Below are positions 14,967 to 20,000 of a stretch of 20,000 nucleotides of DNA, piece by piece. The stretch lies in the IMG/VR virus record IMGVR_UViG_3300027780_000008; one strand, 5' to 3'. The notes below the pieces were generated by a model. The model ran no database searches. It saw nothing but the letters and a program-made list of their open reading frames with translations, and had not been told where the DNA came from. Each line of letters opens with the position of its first letter. Within the stretch, counting starts at the first letter, position 1. Source of the DNA: an uncultured virus (IMG/VR IMGVR_UViG_3300027780_000008). Lineage: Duplodnaviria; Heunggongvirae; Uroviricota; Caudoviricetes. The translations under genes were made by a program, and so were the position numbers.

Positions 14967-17842
14967 TATTCTTTAATGATTTTTTTATTGTAAATGTTAC
15001 CATTATAATTAATTTGCAAAAAGTATACACCGCTAGGTAAGTTCTTTAAATCAATTTGTTTATTAGTAACTTTAGATCTTAACAGTTTTCCTGTCATATC
15101 ATATAAGGCAACATCTATTTCTAAATCAGTTGCTATATTTAAAACTTCCTTTGCAGGATTAGGATATACAATGATACCATTAAAATCTGCAATTCTTCCA
15201 TTTTCCCAAATGTCTATCCCGTTAGGCCAACCGTCTTCACAATAGTTGTAAAGTTCTTGGCAAGTAGGATCCCATTCATTATCACAACAGTAATTATCTA
15301 CATCAATTACCCAAGCATAACATTGATCATTTAACCAATAAGGATTACCTGGTCCTGTTATACAACCTGCATCATATAAACATTCAGATGAATCTGAAAC
15401 ATTTGCTAGTGGATTATAATTATAAGAATCAGGATCGGTACAACCAACTATTGCTGTTATACAAGTTCCATTATCTACATTTGCTAAAGGATCATAATTA
15501 ACAGAAGTAGAATCCATACATCCATATACAATTGGTATACATGAAAAATCTTCAGTGTTTGCTAATAGATCATAATTAAATGCAGAAGGATCTGTGCAAC
15601 CGTATACAATTGGTATACAGCTTCCATCATCAGTATTAGCTAATGGGTTATAATTAAAAGCAGTTGAGTCTGTACAACCTGCCAAAATTGGAATACAAGA
15701 ACCATCATCAGTATTGGCAGTAGCATCATAATTAATTGCAGTGTTATCAGTACATCCATATATTATAGGTATACATGACCCGTTATCAGTATTTGCTAAT
15801 GGATCATAATTAAATTGAGTATCATCAGTACATCCATAAATTATTGGTATACATGAACCATTATCTGTGTTTGCTAATGGATCATAATTAAATTGAGTAG
15901 GATCAATACAACCATAAACAATTGGTAAACAACTCCCATCATCAGTATTAGCATTAGGGTTATAATTAAATTGTGAAGGATCTGTACAACCTAAAACAAT
16001 TGGTATACAACTTCCATCATCTGTATTTGCAGTAGAATCATAATTAAATTGAGTTGGATCTGTACAACCATATATGAATGGAACACATGAACTATCATTA
16101 GTGTTTGCATTAGGATCATAATTAAATGATGTAGGATCTGTACAACCTAAAATAACTGGAATACAACTACCTGGTGTATTTGCTAAAGGATCATAATTAA
16201 ATGAAGTAGAATCCATACATCCTACAATAACTGGTATACATAAAGATGGATCATCTACATTTGCAGTAGGATCGTAGTTAAATGCTAATGGATTCATACA
16301 TCCTACAATAACTGGTATACAACTACCGTCATCTGTATTAACATCTACTAAAGGATCACCTGTAGGAGGTATATAATTAAATGAAGTAGAATCCAAACAG
16401 CCTGTTATTATAGGTATACATGTTTCTCCAAATGTTGGAACTGAATCTGATTCTAAAACAAATGGAAATGGAATTGCATCCCAGTAAATAACATCCATGA
16501 TAGTATCACCTTCAGGGCCTGTTAAATTAAATGCTATTTGACTAATTGATAATATAGATTGTTGTGTTGTAAATACATAAGCATAAACAGGTTGATATGC
16601 ATTTAATTGAACCGGAAATGACATACTATTTCCATCATTAGGTCCCATTTGATATTGGGGTGAAATCCAATTACCTTGTCTTAATCCTAACCAAGTACCT
16701 CCCCAACCATCAGAAGCACCATCTAAAATTTGTAAATTATAAAAACCTTCTATTACTTCGCTTGTATTAGCATTAGAGTCATAATTAAATGAATTTGGAT
16801 CTGTACAACCCTGTATTCTTGAAGTAACACAACTTGTATCATCTATTACAGCAAGAGGATCAAATTCTAAAGATAAGGGATCCATACATCCTTGTGGTGG
16901 ACTTGTTGTTGTACACCCAGTTGGTACTTCAAATTGAGGGGATGTAAAGGTAGTTCCAAAGTTTGAATTAGGAACAGAATCATTTAAATTAAATAATTCA
17001 TTACCACTACAATCAAATATTTGAAGATTACCATCCATAGTTCCTCCTGATGTTGAGCCTCCTAAACCATCACCATAGGAATCATTTATTTCTAAATAAT
17101 AATCTTGTAATTCATCAACACAGACAAATGTTGAAATTGGAACTCCTGGTGTAACTCCTGAGTAAGTTCCTTGAGATGCCTCACAAACTATTCCTGAATC
17201 TCCATATACTATCCAACTTGTTTCCTGTGGCCATTGATCTGGAGTAAATAAAATTTGTAATGAAGATTGACCCGAAGGGCAACTTGAAGGGCCAAGTAAA
17301 CAAGAATAATCATCTACAGTAGCCCATGGATTAAAGTTTGATGATAAAGGGTTCATACAACCAGAAATTGGTGTTGGATAAATACAACTCCCATTATCTA
17401 CTGTAGCAGTTGAATCATAGTTTAATGCAGTAGAATCTGTACAACCATAAATAGGTGGAGGACATGCTAATAAATTAACAACTGTATCATGTTGTGTAAA
17501 TGCAAAATCTGCATCTAAATCTAATATAGTACCTTGGCAAGCATTTGACAGTGTAACATTAGCAGTTGGTTGCCCAGATGTGGTAGGTCCCCAACCATCT
17601 CCAAATGAATCAAATAATGAAATTTGAATATCACCTGAATCACAAAAGACTGTTGTTTGATATAATTCAAAACCTACAGCAGGTGTATGATTAACAAGTG
17701 TATCACCTGCCTGTGTAATTAGTGCAAATGATTCTGATGGACCAAAGCCATCAAATTGTACTTCTAAATCAAACCAACTGTTTTGTGAATATGTTAATGT
17801 ACTACATAAAAGTAATAGTGTAAGTAAAAAATTCTTTATCAT
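14966..17842 (-). CDS. Large secreted Cys-repeat protein with T9SS type A (Por secretion) C-terminal sorting domain
   Basis: Signal peptide (TLTYS/Q); three DSxGDG-type modules (DSFGDGW, DSYGDGL, DGASDGW); 17 GCxDxxxxNYxxxAxxDxGSC repeats; a CYAWV..D.YCC..WD..C module. CTD at about 14969-15178: IVYPNPAKEVLNI...LYDMTGKLL...IDLKNLPSGVYFLQI...KKIIKE. Confidence 0.9.
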   Translation of the reverse strand: MIKNFLLTLLLLCSTLTYSQNSWFDLEVQFDGFGPSESFALITQAGDTLVNHTPAVGFELYQTTVFCDSGDIQISLFDSFGDGWGPTTSGQPTANVTLSNACQGTILDLDADFAFTQHDTVVNLLACPPPIYGCTDSTALNYDSTATVDNGSCIYPTPISGCMNPLSSNFNPWATVDDYSCLLGPSSCPSGQSSLQILFTPDQWPQETSWIVYGDSGIVCEASQGTYSGVTPGVPISTFVCVDELQDYYLEINDSYGDGLGGSTSGGTMDGNLQIFDCSGNELFNLNDSVPNSNFGTTFTSPQFEVPTGCTTTSPPQGCMDPLSLEFDPLAVIDDTSCVTSRIQGCTDPNSFNYDSNANTSEVIEGFYNLQILDGASDGWGGTWLGLRQGNWISPQYQMGPNDGNSMSFPVQLNAYQPVYAYVFTTQQSILSISQIAFNLTGPEGDTIMDVIYWDAIPFPFVLESDSVPTFGETCIPIITGCLDSTSFNYIPPTGDPLVDVNTDDGSCIPVIVGCMNPLAFNYDPTANVDDPSLCIPVIVGCMDSTSFNYDPLANTPGSCIPVILGCTDPTSFNYDPNANTNDSSCVPFIYGCTDPTQFNYDSTANTDDGSCIPIVLGCTDPSQFNYNPNANTDDGSCLPIVYGCIDPTQFNYDPLANTDNGSCIPIIYGCTDDTQFNYDPLANTDNGSCIPIIYGCTDNTAINYDATANTDDGSCIPILAGCTDSTAFNYNPLANTDDGSCIPIVYGCTDPSAFNYDLLANTEDFSCIPIVYGCMDSTSVNYDPLANVDNGTCITAIVGCTDPDSYNYNPLANVSDSSECLYDAGCITGPGNPYWLNDQCYAWVIDVDNYCCDNEWDPTCQELYNYCEDGWPNGIDIWENGRIADFNGIIVYPNPAKEVLNIATDLEIDVALYDMTGKLLRSKVTNKQIDLKNLPSGVYFLQINYNGNIYNKKIIKE
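15380..16402 (-). repeat. Intragenic tandem array of 13 repeats of about 26 aa (about 78 bp)
   Basis: Recurring plus-strand units such as ggatcataattaaa...gtacaacc...attggtataca, encoding GCTDPTQFNYDPLANTDNGSCIPIIY-like units. Four more dispersed copies lie nearer the N-terminus. Confidence 0.92.
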
Positions 17843-17859
17843 CGTTTACGATATTTTTA

Positions 17860-17869
17860 TTATTTATTT
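17860..17869 (-). promoter_or_regulatory. Putative late-type promoter motif AAATAAATAA upstream of the T9SS cargo gene
   Basis: GAAATAAATAATAAAAATATCGTAAACG-ATG; same core as the other intergenic copies. Confidence 0.4.
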
Positions 17870-17932
17870 CATGAACTCAAATTTTTCTTTTAAAAATTAA
17901 ATTAAGTTCTATAATTATAATACTATTACTAT

Positions 17933-17960
17933 AAATAGAAAATGCTAGCATTAGCTAGCA
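17933..17960 (-). terminator. Putative intrinsic terminator
   Basis: Minus strand TGCTAGC-TAAT-GCTAGCA (7-bp stem, 17943-17960) followed by TTTTCTATTT. Confidence 0.6.
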
Positions 17961-18020
17961 GTTCATTAAAGATGTTTAATCTTCTTTAATTATATTATAT
18001 AAGGTAAATATTTAAGTGTA

Positions 18021-18302
18021 TTAGGCTCTTAGTTTTTTAATCCAAATAATTGATTCTTTACACAATTCATATTCTTCAGCTTCCTCACATCTAACTAGGT
18101 TAGTTTCTAATGCTTCTAAATAACCTTTTCGTTCTACACTTAAATCAAAATCTATATTTTTAAGTATACCAATAACTACTTTATCAACATCTTTATCTAA
18201 AGCTTTAAGTACTGCCTTAGTTACAGATACAGAAACTTCATGCGCTCTTAACTGAGCCTCAGCCTCTAATTCTTCAATATTTTCTGAATTAAATTCTATC
18301 AT
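18021..18302 (-). CDS. Hypothetical acidic protein with a C-terminal UVR-like EEYExC helix pair
   Basis: ALETNLVRCEEAEEYELCKESIIW; overlaps the upstream gene by 14 bp. Confidence 0.7.
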   Translation of the reverse strand: MIEFNSENIEELEAEAQLRAHEVSVSVTKAVLKALDKDVDKVVIGILKNIDFDLSVERKGYLEALETNLVRCEEAEEYELCKESIIWIKKLRA

Positions 18303-18636
18303 TGTCTAAACCTTTTTTTATTTCATTACATACATGACATCTTTCATATTCCTCATCTATTTGAAAAACAGAAATCATGTTATCTAACATAGTATTAACT
18401 TGATTAATATTTAGTACATTATTCTTTAAAAGATTATTTACTGCACTAATAGCATCATTAATATCTAAACTTTCAAAATCATTATAAAATTTATTAGCTT
18501 GTTCTCTTGCCCATATTTCTTGATCACTTTTCATATCTGCCATAGCATGTAGTTTTGCAATCTCATCCATTTCAATACCATGATCATTAGGATCGAAGCC
18601 ATCTTCAGGATTTTGATTTAACCAGTCATTTATCAT
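18289..18636 (-). CDS. Hypothetical acidic protein with a C-terminal UVR-like EEYExC helix pair
   Basis: MLDNMISVFQIDEEYERCHVCNEIKK; A-rich leader. Confidence 0.72.
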   Translation of the reverse strand: MINDWLNQNPEDGFDPNDHGIEMDEIAKLHAMADMKSDQEIWAREQANKFYNDFESLDINDAISAVNNLLKNNVLNINQVNTMLDNMISVFQIDEEYERCHVCNEIKKGLDNDRI

Positions 18637-18653
18637 ATTGTTTATTTTTATAG

Positions 18654-18697
18654 TTTATTTATAAATAAATTATAACAAAAAAATATAAGAATTGAAA
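18654..18697 (-). promoter_or_regulatory. Possible sigma70-like promoter (TTTCAA-N17-TATAAT, with TGn extension) followed by a 16-bp palindrome
   Basis: Minus strand TTTCAA TTCTTATATTTTTTTGT TATAAT. The perfect palindrome TTTATTTATAAATAAA (18654-18669) contains TATAAATA on both strands. The background is very AT-rich, so chance is possible. Confidence 0.3.
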
Positions 18698-18703
18698 GAT
18701 ATA

Positions 18704-19033
18704 CTATTTAATAAATTTAAAATATGCTATAATAGCAGTTGTTATTAATTGAACTACCGCCCATATAGTTATAGCTTGTGTTTTAAATGTTTTCAATTCA
18801 GTTACATCTTTTACTGTAGATTTTAATTGGCTAGGGGAAGCAACCTCATCAATTGCTTGTTTCCATTTCCAAAGTTCTTTAGCAAAGTCTTCTTTAACTT
18901 TAAGTTCAGCTATCTGTTGTTTAAGATTTTGAATCTCAACATTAAGATTTGTTATACCGTCATTAAGCCTTTCTAATTCTGCAATTACTAATTTAGAATA
19001 TTCATTCCAACCATTTTGTTCTCCGTTAGCCAT
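18704..19033 (-). CDS. Coiled-coil protein with C-terminal transmembrane helix (possible lysis or membrane accessory)
   Basis: Heptads LERLNDGITNLNVEIQNLKQQIAELK; hydrophobic tail AITIWAVVQLITTAIIAYF. Confidence 0.75.
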   Translation of the reverse strand: MANGEQNGWNEYSKLVIAELERLNDGITNLNVEIQNLKQQIAELKVKEDFAKELWKWKQAIDEVASPSQLKSTVKDVTELKTFKTQAITIWAVVQLITTAIIAYFKFIK

Positions 19034-19211
19034 TTTTAAGTATTTGTTTAATCTTTTTTATTTTAGTAGCATCATTTTTAATTCTCTTATCTTCTAAAAC
19101 TGATTTAATACAATTAATATGGTTTTTAATATTAACATCACGATCAGTTAAATTATTTACTAATTCTTTTAAATCTTCTATACATGAAGGTTTTGATGTT
19201 AATGGGTCCAT
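19026..19211 (-). CDS. Hypothetical protein (61 aa)
   Basis: 8-bp overlap with the downstream gene; GAATAAATAA motif at 19226-19235 upstream. Confidence 0.65.
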   Translation of the reverse strand: MDPLTSKPSCIEDLKELVNNLTDRDVNIKNHINCIKSVLEDKRIKNDATKIKKIKQILKNG

Positions 19212-19218
19212 CTTAAAT

Positions 19219-19365
19219 TTATTTTTTATTTATTCTTTTAATAACATGAGTTGGTTGCTCAGATTGTGCTGAGCCCCAAACCTTTTTAACAGTACTTCTT
19301 ATTTTGGCAACTGTAGTTTGCCTCTCTGTGTTTTTCTCTTTAGCTTTACCGCATCCACATCCCAT
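19219..19365 (-). CDS. Small basic protein, 48 aa, not in the supplied ORF track: MGCGCGKAKEKNTERQTTVAKIRSTVKKVWGSAQSEQPTHVIKRINKK
   Basis: Translated by hand. ATG at 19365 lies 4 nt after the upstream stop and TAA is at 19221-19219; the ORF fills the gap between neighbours almost exactly. Confidence 0.75.
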   Translation of the reverse strand: MGCGCGKAKEKNTERQTTVAKIRSTVKKVWGSAQSEQPTHVIKRINKK

Positions 19366-19369
19366 ACTA

Positions 19370-19573
19370 TTACCATTTATTTTTAGGGCAACTTTCAGTT
19401 GACCACTTAGCTTTTTTATTTAAATAACATCCACATATACAACACTTAGAACCACACTTATCAGAACACTGGTTACATATAGAAATTCTATTGTTATATT
19501 TATCAGTAGTTACTTGGTCTCCCCATATAAGATATTTGAAGAGTGCTATGATAAATCTAAATATTCTAATCAT
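19370..19573 (-). CDS. Small Cys-rich metal-binding protein (DUF6171-like pattern)
   Basis: R-x-x-IC-x-x-C...C-x-x-CGC...K...CP-x-x-KW; TAATG coupling to the upstream gene. Confidence 0.72.
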   Translation of the reverse strand: MIRIFRFIIALFKYLIWGDQVTTDKYNNRISICNQCSDKCGSKCCICGCYLNKKAKWSTESCPKNKW

Positions 19574-19998
19574 TATACAGTATTTACTTCAGATATAGTT
19601 GATCTAGCAACTGTGTTTATCTCATTAATAGTTGAAAAAGCTGCAGTATTAATTTCATTAATAGGATTTGGGGTATAAGTAATATTTAACTCAACAGTGC
19701 TTGAAGAACCTTGCGCAATTTGAGCTGCAAAATCTATACTAAAAAATGTTGGTGGGGTAGTGTTTGGCTGATCATAGTTTTCATTAAGAGTAGCCATGAC
19801 TGCTGGTTGGGTGGAATTAAGGTATGAAATACCTGCTGCATTAAAAGTAGCCGTAGCTATGCTTCCATTAGGAGCCCACTGAAAAGGACCACAGAAAGTA
19901 ACATTAGTATTTGGCAGTGAACTAAAATCACTAAGTTGTAAAGCTCCTGTACCGTTTAAAAAGGCATTACTTTCTACCACAGTGTAGGTAGCCATCAC
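19573..19998 (-). CDS. Thr/Asn/Ser/Ala-rich protein, probably the C-terminal part of a longer virion or tail-associated protein
   Basis: The frame is open up to the window edge, so the start is uncertain. Lys-free, beta-rich composition with C-terminal 11-aa repeats INEINTAAFST / INEINTVARST / ISEVNTV. Confidence 0.6.
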   Translation of the reverse strand: MMATYTVVESNAFLNGTGALQLSDFSSLPNTNVTFCGPFQWAPNGSIATATFNAAGISYLNSTQPAVMATLNENYDQPNTTPPTFFSIDFAAQIAQGSSSTVELNITYTPNPINEINTAAFSTINEINTVARSTISEVNTV

Positions 19999-20000
19999 TT

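Noticed and set aside
15380..16402. CRISPR array or diversity-generating element
   Set aside because: The repeats are in-frame degenerate coding units with synonymous variation and no unique spacers; no cas or reverse transcriptase gene is in the window.
17930..17937. Exact T4 late promoter TATAAATA on the plus strand
   Set aside because: Antisense to all genes, with no downstream plus-strand ORF; expected by chance at this AT content.
1..20000. Eukaryotic giant virus or bacterial chromosome origin
   Set aside because: Sigma-70, T9SS CTD, kdsA and overlapping operons argue against an NCLDV. Split PolB, a gp56-like dNTPase, many small orphans and no housekeeping context argue against a chromosome. 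No capsid or terminase is in the window, so the phage call remains an inference.

Overview
AT-rich (roughly 30% GC by eye), densely packed window with every credible gene on the minus strand. It is best read as part of a large (jumbo-type) dsDNA bacteriophage genome with a Bacteroidota, probably Flavobacteriia, host. Support: no Shine-Dalgarno sites, A-rich leaders, three signal peptides followed by Gln (the Bacteroidota Q-rule), a type IX secretion (T9SS) C-terminal domain, a T4 gp56-like dNTPase and a split family-B polymerase. In transcription order (right to left) there are five blocks. (1) Small hypothetical or structural genes, including an unannotated 48-aa MGCGCGK ORF. (2) A four-gene envelope cassette: a 958-aa Cys-repeat T9SS cargo, an outer-membrane barrel-like protein, a single-TM coiled-coil protein and a secreted thioredoxin fold lacking CxxC. 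(3) A divergent minimal sigma-70 factor, an HNH-like gene and a DNA glycosylase strikingly like animal NEIL1. (4) A dCTPase/dUTPase, the N-terminal half of a split PolB, and a class I ribonucleotide reductase whose beta subunit has an atypical ligand set. (5) A translationally coupled glycan operon: kdsA, a soluble PglF/PglE/PglD-like bacillosamine pathway, an SGNH-esterase/GT10 fusion and a GT2. Two recurring intergenic motifs (AAAC-N18-TATAA and AATAAATAA) look like phage promoter classes. The strongest candidate for an undescribed system is the phage-encoded T9SS cargo cassette, possibly working with the glycan operon to remodel the host surface. All family assignments are from motif recognition and memory; no searches were run.
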